DNA from: an uncultured Rhodospirillaceae bacterium
GTDB lineage: Bacteria; Pseudomonadota; Alphaproteobacteria; Rhodospirillales; UBA2165
NCBI GenBank assembly: GCA_964566055.1
Contig: CAZMHI010000022.1
Location: forward strand, 213 to 64,212
Reading direction: 5' to 3'
DNA: 64,000 bases
This document shows, one piece after another, positions 38,623 through 47,681 of the stretch. A model generated the notes under the pieces. It was given only the letters and a program-made list of their open reading frames with translations, was not told the DNA's origin and searched no databases. The translations under genes were made by a program, and so were the position numbers. Numbering within the stretch: position 1 is the first letter of the stretch; each line of letters begins with the position of its first letter.

Positions 38623-39705
38623 CTATTTCTTCTTTTTCTTCTTACAATTGACTTGGCATTTGCCCGGTTTTTGTGCCCAGGCAGCTTTCGCTTCTTTCAC
38701 CACATCTGGTGAAGCCTTCAATATGTTCATGACAATTTGCTGGACTACTTCACCGGTTTTAGGCTGGATCAGTGCCCGGCGTTTTTTGGCATCTGCCAAC
38801 AATCCAGGATCTTTAACGGTTTTATTGAAAGCGCCGCGCAGAGCCGCAATACGGTCAGCCGGTACACCCGGAGGCGTGGCGATGGAACGGCCAATGGCAG
38901 AACCGCCGGAGACAAACTTTAGAACAGCTTGAGCTTTAGGATCGGATGTCAGTTCCTGCATCAACGGCAGATTAGGCAGCTCTTTCTCTCTAGCCAAACC
39001 AACCTGGACCAGCGGTGTCAACTCACCTTTGCTGATACGGTCGGCATGACGAATGCGCCAGCTTATCCAGGCACTTGACTGAATATCGACTTCACCGCGC
39101 TCAAGCGCCAGGGTCAATGGTGCAGAACCTTTGTAGCCGCAGATTAATTTGTATTTGAGGCCCAGAAAATACTTCTGCATTGCCGGCATGATAAAGCTTT
39201 GCGAGTTGCGGCCCGTGCAGCCAACCACGACTTCGGTACTTTTTATCGCTTTGATCGATTTAGCCGGCGCACCTGCGCGCGCCATGACAACCGGATTAAC
39301 CGGCACGACGCTGCCAAGCGAGGTGAATTTAGTGGGGTCATATTTCACCCGCTTTGGATTAAGCAAAGAGGCCGTTGCATAGGCATCGAAAGGCCAGAGC
39401 AGGAAGGTGCCGTCTTTGGCGCCAGAGCGATAGCTGTAATTGGTGCCTTTGGTGCCGCCACCGCCGCCCATATTTTGAACGATAATGCTTGGCTTGCCGG
39501 GGATATATTTACCCATATGGCCGGCAAATAAACGCGCATAGGCATCGTATGAGCCGCCTGGAGGATAGGGTACCAGGAAGGTGACAGTTTTGCCTTTGTA
39601 AAATTCGGCTGGTGATTGAGCCGCCGCGGGCTGGATCGAGAATGCTCCGGCAATGGACAAAGCGGCAATTGCGGACGCTGTCAGTAATTTTGACTTCAAC
39701 ATCAT
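38623..39705 (-). CDS. Bug/TctC-family periplasmic solute-binding protein
   Basis: Sec signal, VPYPPGGSYD, QNMGGGGG, GYKGS...ALERGEVD. Confidence 0.9.
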   Translation of the reverse strand: MMLKSKLLTASAIAALSIAGAFSIQPAAAQSPAEFYKGKTVTFLVPYPPGGSYDAYARLFAGHMGKYIPGKPSIIVQNMGGGGGTKGTNYSYRSGAKDGTFLLWPFDAYATASLLNPKRVKYDPTKFTSLGSVVPVNPVVMARAGAPAKSIKAIKSTEVVVGCTGRNSQSFIMPAMQKYFLGLKYKLICGYKGSAPLTLALERGEVDIQSSAWISWRIRHADRISKGELTPLVQVGLAREKELPNLPLMQELTSDPKAQAVLKFVSGGSAIGRSIATPPGVPADRIAALRGAFNKTVKDPGLLADAKKRRALIQPKTGEVVQQIVMNILKASPDVVKEAKAAWAQKPGKCQVNCKKKKKK

Positions 39706-39725
39706 TTCTTCTCCCTGTTAAAAAA

Positions 39726-39783
39726 TAGTTTGATTTCTAAGCTTATTAGTCAGCTTAGTGTTTGATAGAAAGAAATTAAAGTA
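39726..39783. promoter_or_regulatory. MarR operator candidates 3 and 4
   Basis: TAGTTTGATTTCTAAGCT (39726-39743) and TAGAAAGAAATTAAAGTA (39766-39783). Confidence 0.6.
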
Positions 39784-39829
39784 ATATTTTAAGGCCAACA
39801 ATAAATTGATTTTAGGGGAGAACAAGGCC

Positions 39830-41629
39830 TTGGATAAGACATCAGATTACGCATCAATGAAATACCCGGAAACACCGGTTAATTTGCCGGCTAATAAGGC
39901 GACGGCGGAATATGGCTCGGACGTCATGGCTGATGTCATCTCCGATATGGGTTTCAAGCATATTTTTGTGCTACCCGGTTCGAGTTTTCGCGGTCTGCAC
40001 GATTCATTGGTTAATCATATCCGCAATCAAAATCCAGAAATGATCATGTGTAATCATGAATCCATCGTCGTTTCGATGGCGCATGGCTATGCCAAGGCCT
40101 CAGGTGAAACAGCAACTTGTGTGGTACATGATCTGGTTGGCCTGATGTGTGCCTCGGTCAGCGTTTTTGATGCCTGGATCGACCGGGTACCGTTGCTGAT
40201 ATTTGGTGGTAGCGGTCCACAAGACCCCGCCCGCCGCCGTCCCATCGATTGGACCCATACGGCAAGCATGCAATGTGATCTGATCAAGCCGTTTGCCAAG
40301 TGGACGGCCGAGCCGGTAACCCTGCAAGCGACAATCGACACCATGCTCCGGGCCAATACAATCGCCTCTTCCAAACCCCAAGGACCCGCCTACGTATCGC
40401 TTGATTTGGGCATTCAGGAACAAGATAACCTTGACGATCTCGTGGTGCCGGATGCGGCGCTGGAACGCTTTCAACCGCCGGCGCCCATGGCGGCGAATGC
40501 CGAAGCCATTGAAAGTGCTATTGATATGTTGTTGGCAGCCGAAAAGCCGTTAATTGTTGGTGGGCGCTTTGGCCGTGATGTCGGGGTCACTGCGATACTT
40601 GCTGAATTGGTCGAGCTTTCAGGTGCAGCCTATATCGAGGACCGCGCCGTTGTCTGCATGCCGACCTACCATCCGCAAAATCTGAACGGCGATAATGAGT
40701 TACGCAAAACCGCTGATCTGGTTTTGGCCATTGATTGCGTTGATACCACAACCGTAATGGCCGCTCATAATAAAGATGTGCGGGGCCGTGAGGGTCAGAA
40801 AGTCATCGAGATGACGCTCGAAAATCTTTATCCAAGCTCCTGGTCCAATGCCGGTGGTCCGCAAGCAGCCGTTGATCTGGTGCTTGAGTGTGAGCCGCTT
40901 TACGGTATGAGCCAATTGACCGAAGCCTTAAAATCGCGCCTCAATGGTCAGGACGATCAGCTCAAAAAAATCGCTGCACGTAAGGAAGCCATAGCCAAAG
41001 CACATACCGAATTACGCCAAGCTCAAAAAGACGCCCAGCAGGAAGATTGGGATGCTGTGCCGATCAGTACGGGCCGCCTGACCCATGAGCTTTATCAGGC
41101 GGTCAAAGACAAGCCTTGGGTGCTGCCGGTGCGCAATCATCGCAGTTTTCCGGAAGGTCTCTGGGAGTTTACGGAATCCGGCCAGTATCTTGGCGCCGAT
41201 GGCGGCGGTGGAGTTGGCTATGGTCCGGGTGCTGCAGTTGGCGCCGCTTTGGCCTACCGGGAACAAGGCAAATTGCCAGTCGCCATTATGGGCGATGGTG
41301 ATTTCCAAATGGGCAGCGGCGCGATTTGGACGGCGGTGCATTATAAAATTCCGCTGCTGCTGGTCATCAATAACAATAATTCCTGGGGCAATGATGAATT
41401 CCATCAGAGAAATATTGCCCGCAATCGCAATCGGCCGGTAGAAAATGCCTGGATTGGCCAGCGCATGACTGAACCGGCAACGGATTATGCAGCCATTGTG
41501 CGGGGCTATGGCGGCTGGGCCGAAGGTCCGGTCGAGGACCCGGAGGATTTAGCCGAGGTCTTTAAACGCGCGGTTGCCGAAGTGGAAAAAGGCAATGTTG
41601 CTGTCGTTGATGTCAGGACAGCTTTGTAG
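39830..41629 (+). CDS. TPP-dependent enzyme (acetolactate synthase/benzoylformate decarboxylase superfamily)
   Basis: PGSSFRGLHDS, NHE, GDGD...INNN; TTG 39830 chosen after a GGGGAG RBS. Confidence 0.9.
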   Translation: MDKTSDYASMKYPETPVNLPANKATAEYGSDVMADVISDMGFKHIFVLPGSSFRGLHDSLVNHIRNQNPEMIMCNHESIVVSMAHGYAKASGETATCVVHDLVGLMCASVSVFDAWIDRVPLLIFGGSGPQDPARRRPIDWTHTASMQCDLIKPFAKWTAEPVTLQATIDTMLRANTIASSKPQGPAYVSLDLGIQEQDNLDDLVVPDAALERFQPPAPMAANAEAIESAIDMLLAAEKPLIVGGRFGRDVGVTAILAELVELSGAAYIEDRAVVCMPTYHPQNLNGDNELRKTADLVLAIDCVDTTTVMAAHNKDVRGREGQKVIEMTLENLYPSSWSNAGGPQAAVDLVLECEPLYGMSQLTEALKSRLNGQDDQLKKIAARKEAIAKAHTELRQAQKDAQQEDWDAVPISTGRLTHELYQAVKDKPWVLPVRNHRSFPEGLWEFTESGQYLGADGGGGVGYGPGAAVGAALAYREQGKLPVAIMGDGDFQMGSGAIWTAVHYKIPLLLVINNNNSWGNDEFHQRNIARNRNRPVENAWIGQRMTEPATDYAAIVRGYGGWAEGPVEDPEDLAEVFKRAVAEVEKGNVAVVDVRTAL

Positions 41630-43264
41630 ATGGCAGCTAACCAATATCACGACATTCATCAGCATATCGAGGCTTTGCGCGAAGCGGGCTTGTTGTATGA
41701 GGTCGACCGCGAGATCAATAAAGATACTGAAATGCATCCTTTGGTGCGTTGGCAGTATCGCGGCGGCATCGCCGAGGAAGAGCGCAAGGCTTGGCTCTTT
41801 ACCAATGTCGTCGACAGCAAGGGCCGAAAATTCGATATGCCGGTATTGGTCTGTGGCCTGGCGGGCAGCCCGGCAATATATGAAATCGGTATTGGTTGCA
41901 GCCTGGAAGAAGTAAACGCCAAATGGTCAGCGGCGATTAAGTCTCCGCTCAAACCCAACATTGTCGAGAGCAAAGCGGCACCTTGCCACGAGTTGGTTTA
42001 TGAAGGCAAAGATTTGCAGAGCGGTAAAGGGCTCGATGATCTGCCGATCCCGATCTCAACGCCGGGCTGGGACAATGCACCGTATTCCTCGTCATCCCAT
42101 TACATCACCAAGGACCCTGAGACCGGCATCCAAAATATGGGCAATTACCGGGGTCAGGTCAAAGCGCCGGACCGCTTCGGTATGAACACCTCGACAGAAC
42201 TGCGCACCGGCGGCCATATCAACTGGCTGGCCTGGAAAGAGCGGGGCGAGAAAATGCCCTGCGCCGTGGTCATCGGCTGTGCGCCCGTAGTTTCTTATGC
42301 TTCGGTGCAGAAAGTCCCGGAAGGCATCGATGAGTTGGAAGTCGCCGGCGCACTTGTCGGACGGCCGCTTGATCTGGTCAAAGCCAAAACCGTCGACCTA
42401 CTCGTGCCGGCAGATGCGGAAGTTGTCATCGAGGGCTTTATCGATACGGAATATCTCGAACCGGAAGCGCCGTTCGGTGAATCCCATGGTCATGTTAATT
42501 TGCAGGAATATAACGGCTATATGGATGTCACGGCGATCACCCGCCGGAAAAAGGCGGCGATTTCATCCTGGGTCAGCCAAGTTGCACCCAGCGAATCCTC
42601 CGTCATCCGGCGTTTTGCATACGAGTCACGAAATGCCTCTTATCTCAGAGATACGCTGGGCATTAAAAGCGTAGTTACCGTAAAAGCACATGAACCCTTA
42701 ACCTCGCTACACCGGGTTCATGCCATCATTTTTAAAAAAGACACGCCCCGCACCGAGATTTGGCGCGCCATGTATGGCCTGGCAGCGTTCCGCCAATCCG
42801 AGGGCAAATGGATCATTGCTGTCGATAAAGATATCGATGGTGAGAATGCCGATGCACTATTTTGGGCCATGGCCTATCGCTGCAAACCCCAGCACGATAT
42901 GGAAATCATCAAGCACCAAGACGGCGGCCATGGACCGCGTGATCTAGCCGATCCGGAAGATGCCTCCGTGCTGATTGACGCCACGCTTAAAGGCACTTTT
43001 CCGCCGGTGTCATTACCCAAGCAGGAGTTCATGGAACGCGCTGCCGAGATTTGGGATGAGCTCGGCCTGCCCAAGCTAAAACGCGAGTCTCCCTGGTATG
43101 GCTATGATCTCGGTGAATGGACGGAAGAGTTTGAACATATGGCCGACCTCGCCGTCAAAAGTGAATACTGGCAGACCGGCAAAGTGATCGCCCAACGGCG
43201 GCGCAATGATGTCGACATGAACACCGAAGTTCGAACTTTAGCTGATGAGGAAGAAAACGAATAG
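41630..43264 (+). CDS. UbiD-family (prFMN) (de)carboxylase, paralogue 2
   Basis: NMGNYR, EAPFGESHGH, KDID, IDAT; clearly paralogous to 34732-36375. Confidence 0.9.
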   Translation: MAANQYHDIHQHIEALREAGLLYEVDREINKDTEMHPLVRWQYRGGIAEEERKAWLFTNVVDSKGRKFDMPVLVCGLAGSPAIYEIGIGCSLEEVNAKWSAAIKSPLKPNIVESKAAPCHELVYEGKDLQSGKGLDDLPIPISTPGWDNAPYSSSSHYITKDPETGIQNMGNYRGQVKAPDRFGMNTSTELRTGGHINWLAWKERGEKMPCAVVIGCAPVVSYASVQKVPEGIDELEVAGALVGRPLDLVKAKTVDLLVPADAEVVIEGFIDTEYLEPEAPFGESHGHVNLQEYNGYMDVTAITRRKKAAISSWVSQVAPSESSVIRRFAYESRNASYLRDTLGIKSVVTVKAHEPLTSLHRVHAIIFKKDTPRTEIWRAMYGLAAFRQSEGKWIIAVDKDIDGENADALFWAMAYRCKPQHDMEIIKHQDGGHGPRDLADPEDASVLIDATLKGTFPPVSLPKQEFMERAAEIWDELGLPKLKRESPWYGYDLGEWTEEFEHMADLAVKSEYWQTGKVIAQRRRNDVDMNTEVRTLADEEENE

Positions 43265-43362
43265 TCAACATTTGGGACGAAAAGCTGATCAATTATCTGC
43301 TCACGCTGTCCACGGAGCCCGGGCGCAAAAACTCCAACGGAAGAAATACATCTGGCTTAGTT

Positions 43363-44136
43363 TCACCTAATCTTCCTATTTCGATCCTCAGGTGGCACGT
43401 CTAACTCTATAGCGGCAATCTTTTCATCGATATCTTCTTTATATTTGGCTCGTAGATCCTCGTTGTTCCATTTGCGGATGCCGTAATCGACCGAGAGATT
43501 AGCAAATTTGGAGCCGGTTTTACCAAAGGTATCAAGGGCATGGGGATACCATTTGTCGACGGCGGCTTGTATTTCCGTTTTGCCGGCCCCGGCCAGCTTT
43601 TGATACTCCTCATTCAGCGAGAGATCACGAGCGCGCCGGGCGCCAAAAGAGGCGTGAAATTTTTCCTCATGGACCATGCTCGTCATTTCCCGGGCCAGTG
43701 GTGCATAAGAGCAATTCAGCATGGCGTGGAGATGATACCAGGCAACCAAATCCATACAGAAACAAAAACCAACCACATCGACCCAGCTTTCAAACGGCAC
43801 ATTAAACGCATCAATTGGATGATTTCCCATGCGCAGTTCCAATAGCTGATCCGCCATGGCTGCACCGTCAGGCCCGAACGAGCGCAACAGACGGCTATCG
43901 ATAAATCCCTGATGAGCTTCATCGGCAGCGATCTGGGCTTGAATGAAACGGTCTTCGGCGGTCGGTCCCTGATTGATCCAGGGCTGATGCTGCTCGACGG
44001 AAGCAAACTCAGTGGAGGCCAGGGCGTAGATTATTTTGAGCAGAGTTTCGCGGTATTCATCGGGCATCTGCTCGACGGTTTCGACCTTCTGCATACCCTT
44101 CATTTCGCCCCATTCGACGCCCCGTGATACCCGCAT
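43363..44136 (-). CDS. Ferritin-like PaaA/BoxB-related protein (aryl-CoA epoxidase catalytic-subunit fold), stand-alone
   Basis: MPDEYRETL (PaaA-like), TEFASVEQ (BoxB-like), DEAHQG, MD, EEKFH, W..KWYP; ATG 44136 after an AGGGAG RBS. Confidence 0.8.
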   Translation of the reverse strand: MRVSRGVEWGEMKGMQKVETVEQMPDEYRETLLKIIYALASTEFASVEQHQPWINQGPTAEDRFIQAQIAADEAHQGFIDSRLLRSFGPDGAAMADQLLELRMGNHPIDAFNVPFESWVDVVGFCFCMDLVAWYHLHAMLNCSYAPLAREMTSMVHEEKFHASFGARRARDLSLNEEYQKLAGAGKTEIQAAVDKWYPHALDTFGKTGSKFANLSVDYGIRKWNNEDLRAKYKEDIDEKIAAIELDVPPEDRNRKIR

Positions 44137-44171
44137 AGTAGAACTCCCTATCAAATTGTTACTTTGAGAAA

Positions 44172-44199
44172 AGTATAACTATTTGATAATCGTTATCAA
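44172..44199 (-). promoter_or_regulatory. Sigma70 promoter overlapped by a Fur-box-like palindrome
   Basis: Minus strand TTGATA-16nt-TATACT; TGATAAT-C-GTTATCA at 44184-44198 matches the 7-1-7 Fur consensus at 13 of 14 positions. Confidence 0.7.
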
Positions 44200-44220
44200 C
44201 GTGCAGTTTGGTATCTGATT

Positions 44221-46203
44221 TTAGGGCTGGTTTTCCGAAACAGCGTTTGCCGTTTCCGACCGCCGATACGCCAGCACATGCCAGGCCAGGAAAGCAAAGG
44301 CGACCGCCGTGGCACTCCAATGGATGAACGGATCGGTAAAGATGATCAACAGTCCCAATATTAAACGGATGGCAATTTCCCATGCTGGCAACCGGCGCTG
44401 GTCAAAGCCGATCACCGCGCTCGAGACAAGATAAATCACGACGAGCAGGCGCGATATAATGGATAAAAACGGCAACCATTCAAATTGTGTCCCCGATTCC
44501 TCAACCAGCAGAATGACCGGATAGAAGGCAAAGACAAAGGGTACGACGAACTTCACCAGGCCAATGCGCATGGCATAAACCGCCGTCATCATCGGCGGCC
44601 CACCGGCGATTGACGCCGCCGCATAGGCCGCAATCGCCACCGGCGGTGTGATCGATGAGGCAACGCTGTAATAAAGCACAAATAGATGGGCGACCAACAC
44701 GGGTATACCCAACTTGATAATCGCCGGACCCAGAATAAGGATCACCGTGAGGTAAGCGGGCAATGTCGGAATTCCCATGCTCAGCATAAGTGCCGCCATG
44801 GCAGCTATCATCAAGGTGATCACGAGGCTGGTTCCTGTTCCTTCACCAACCAGCAAGGTGAAATCATTTGGCAATCCGGTTGCTGCCAGTACAGCAACAA
44901 TGATGCCGACCACGGCCACCGACATCAGCAACTCGCCGAATTGCCGGCCGCCATTGGCGAATGCGTTTAATATTAGGAGGGGTTTTTTCCTCACTTCCGG
45001 ATTGAGAAAGCTGAGCGGAATGAGAACCGTCAAAGCGATATTGCCGGCACCTGCGGGAGAAAACCCGTACAGCAGGGCCATCACGACCGTGGCAATCGGC
45101 ACGAACACCAGAATCAGATTATAGTAATCCTGTCGATGAACGGTAAGATCGGCGTCGGTGTCGGATAAATCCTGAACTGCTTCAATGCCGAGCCGCCTCG
45201 ATTCAAAAACCACACTGGCAAACAGACTGGCGTAGTAGGCAAGGGCCGGAATGAGCGCGGCGATAATGATGTGCAAGTAAGGAATTTCGGTGATATCGGC
45301 CATCACCAGCGCCGCTGCGCCCATAACCGGCGGCATGATCTGACCTGCGCTCGACGCCGTCGCTTCAACACCGCCGGCAAAGGCCCGATGAAATCCCCGC
45401 CGTATAATCATCGGTATGGTGATCACACCGGTAGCCACAACATTGGTCACAGCGCCGCCCGACATGGTGCCAAACATGGCCGACGAAACGATGGCCGCGT
45501 GGGCCGGGCCGCCCCTGAGCCGGCGGGTGAAATGAAAGGCTATTTTAATCAGCGAATGAGCACCGCCGGTGCGTTCAAGCATGGCGCCTAAAAGAACGAA
45601 AGGAAAAGCAGTGAATATAAGTATGGCTGTAATACCGCCGACCACGCCCTCGCCGAGATTGAACCATAAATCTTCTGCTGAACTGCTCAATATATCAAAC
45701 GGCGCCGTCTTAAAAATTCCCGGCCAAAAAGGCCCCGTGAAATAATAAAACAGGGTGACCATACCGACGATCGCCAGCGCCGCGCCCCAGACACGCCAGC
45801 AAAGTATAATGAATGCAGCTGAAGCTGCGAGCGCTATGGCGGCGTGGGAGCCATCGAAGATGACCATCGAGTCCACCATTTCCAGCATGTCGACAGAAAA
45901 CCGCCACAAGGCAAAAATAATTACTGCGAGGATAAAGAGATCGAGCGCCAGGCCCGTAACTTTCAGGTTGGGACGGCTCTTCGCCCAGCCAACCGCAAAG
46001 GAAAATTTCAAGGTAACAACGAGCACAGCCGCTCCGAGCATCAGTGGACGGACAATTTCAGGCTGGAACGGACCCATCCTTGGCACAATCCAATAGCTCG
46101 GATAGGAATTTATTAGCCCGACAAAGGCGACAACTAAACTTACGAGGTAAATCGAGTTTTGCCGCCAGTCTGCTTTTTCACCAGCCTGCGTGTCATTGTT
46201 CAT
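44221..46203 (-). CDS. TRAP transporter fused 4TM/12TM permease (TAXI type)
   Basis: GGPAHAAIVSSAMFGTMSG, EATASSAGQIMPPVMG, SITPPVA. Confidence 0.95.
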   Translation of the reverse strand: MNNDTQAGEKADWRQNSIYLVSLVVAFVGLINSYPSYWIVPRMGPFQPEIVRPLMLGAAVLVVTLKFSFAVGWAKSRPNLKVTGLALDLFILAVIIFALWRFSVDMLEMVDSMVIFDGSHAAIALAASAAFIILCWRVWGAALAIVGMVTLFYYFTGPFWPGIFKTAPFDILSSSAEDLWFNLGEGVVGGITAILIFTAFPFVLLGAMLERTGGAHSLIKIAFHFTRRLRGGPAHAAIVSSAMFGTMSGGAVTNVVATGVITIPMIIRRGFHRAFAGGVEATASSAGQIMPPVMGAAALVMADITEIPYLHIIIAALIPALAYYASLFASVVFESRRLGIEAVQDLSDTDADLTVHRQDYYNLILVFVPIATVVMALLYGFSPAGAGNIALTVLIPLSFLNPEVRKKPLLILNAFANGGRQFGELLMSVAVVGIIVAVLAATGLPNDFTLLVGEGTGTSLVITLMIAAMAALMLSMGIPTLPAYLTVILILGPAIIKLGIPVLVAHLFVLYYSVASSITPPVAIAAYAAASIAGGPPMMTAVYAMRIGLVKFVVPFVFAFYPVILLVEESGTQFEWLPFLSIISRLLVVIYLVSSAVIGFDQRRLPAWEIAIRLILGLLIIFTDPFIHWSATAVAFAFLAWHVLAYRRSETANAVSENQP

Positions 46204-46230
46204 ATTTATTGGTCTATTCTATATTAAATA

Positions 46231-46264
46231 TCAGGGCTGGCCCGGCCAAACGCGCCAGCCCTGA
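46231..46264 (-). terminator. Intercistronic hairpin between TAXI SBP and permease
   Basis: TCAGGGCTGGC-N12-GCCAGCCCTGA, 11-bp perfect stem followed by an AT-rich tract. Confidence 0.75.
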
Positions 46265-46282
46265 TCAAGTGTTGATTGGAAG

Positions 46283-47299
46283 TTAAGGAAGGAGATGGGC
46301 CGGAACTTTGAAGCCGACTTCCTTATAATATTTCGCCGCACCCGGATGTAGCTTCACGTTTACACCAGCTAAAGGATTAGACTTGCTGAGTGTCTTCAAA
46401 ACAGAGGCGCTTTTATGGATTTCATCCAGATTTGCCCACATTGCTTTGAGCATTTTGTAGATGAGATCACTATCCAAATTCTTGCGCACCAGAATAAAGC
46501 TGTTTGCAGCTGTCGTCCGGGCATCATCACCGACCTGATTATTGTAGGTGCCGGCTGGAATGGTGGCGTTTTCATTGATCAGTTGCTCGATCATAACTTT
46601 CTGCCATTTTTTGCTGTCGGCTGCTTTGCCTGCTCCGAGCAGGACAAACTTTTTCTTAGCCCCAATTTGGTTGATAACGGCGGAACCTATGGCTGTTGGC
46701 CGCAGAAACACATCAATTTGACCATCGAGCATTGCTTGCATGCCCTGCCCCCAGGGAAGCCGGATAACCTCAAAATCTTTTTTCGGCGTATAACCTGTCG
46801 CAACAGTCAAATAGGAACTGGATTGGGTGTAAAAGCCACCTGCAGGGGGACCCATATAGACGCGTTTGCCTTTGATGTCGGCCAGGGTTTTGATGCCGGA
46901 ATCTTCCCAGGCGATGATGTGAATGGCACTGGCTGGAAATCCGAATATCGCAGCCATTGAATTGTAGGCTTTATTGGCTTTCTTTTTCAGTTTTTTATAC
47001 ATGCGCTGGCCGTTTTTGAGCCATGGCGAAATCTGGGGGACGAAATGAATCATCTCCAAGTCACCCGTGCCAAATTTAAGCACTGACCGCGTCAAAGTTT
47101 GGCCGGTATTAATTTGCAGTGAGACGCCGGTTTCTCGTGGAAGAATTTTTCCGAGAACAGTCAGCAAAATTGCCGGTGAACCAGATGGGCTGGTCGCATC
47201 AACCCGCAGTATTTTGGATTGCGCATTGGCGCTTGAAGCCGCCAGGCTCAGGCCGAGAGCGACGATAAGACTAAGTGACAAAATTCTATAGGATTTCAT
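46283..47299 (-). CDS. TAXI-family TRAP solute-binding protein
   Basis: Sec signal, GIKTLADIKGKRVYMG, AMLDGQID, LHPGAAKYYKE. Confidence 0.9.
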   Translation of the reverse strand: MKSYRILSLSLIVALGLSLAASSANAQSKILRVDATSPSGSPAILLTVLGKILPRETGVSLQINTGQTLTRSVLKFGTGDLEMIHFVPQISPWLKNGQRMYKKLKKKANKAYNSMAAIFGFPASAIHIIAWEDSGIKTLADIKGKRVYMGPPAGGFYTQSSSYLTVATGYTPKKDFEVIRLPWGQGMQAMLDGQIDVFLRPTAIGSAVINQIGAKKKFVLLGAGKAADSKKWQKVMIEQLINENATIPAGTYNNQVGDDARTTAANSFILVRKNLDSDLIYKMLKAMWANLDEIHKSASVLKTLSKSNPLAGVNVKLHPGAAKYYKEVGFKVPAHLLP

Positions 47300-47494
47300 T
47301 TTATTTCCTCCCAGTAATGGTTTTGTATGACTTTACTGTCATTTTGCTAGCTAGCATAGCAATTTAAAGTTCAAATAGGTTAGCTCTTCGTTGAAGGAGA
47401 GCTGGCTTCCACCTCCGGCAATTTTTAACTCACCGTTGAAGAATAGATTAGATAATCTTATACCATCGCAGCTAATTCAAAATTGGCCTTAGGG

Positions 47495-47515
47495 TATAAC
47501 TTAGATTGATAGCCT
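47495..47515 (+). promoter_or_regulatory. LysR-2 box upstream of the TAXI operon
   Basis: TATAA-CTTAGAT-TGATAGCCT. Confidence 0.75.
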
Positions 47516-47521
47516 CAAAAC

Positions 47522-47635
47522 TTATGCCGAGGCCGAGCTTTTTAATATTGCTCTAAATCCCTGAAAAGCATGGTTGGGCAGGCTTGGGCGGCGTCTGGCG
47601 ATGCCGCCTTCAAATTTTCAAAAAGTGCCAAAATG
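47522..47635 (-). pseudogene. 3-prime remnant of a LysR paralogue of LysR-2
   Basis: Translates HFGTF*KFEGGIARRRPSLPNHAFQGFRAILKSSASA*; 28/37 identical to the LysR-2 C-terminus; Trp codon replaced by TGA at 47618-47620. Confidence 0.85.
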
Positions 47636-47681
47636 TACATGATGGTCAAGAAAAACGGCAAATTATCATATTTCCGATCAA

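Noticed and set aside
34732-43264. Inverted UbiD paralogues as an invertible element
   Set aside because: Divergence is at the protein-paralogue level with no long identical DNA or recombinase
47345-47420. Small palindromes (TTGCTA-N7-TAGCAA, AGCTCT...AGAGCT) in the TAXI leader
   Set aside because: Short, single-copy and could arise by chance; no family recognised
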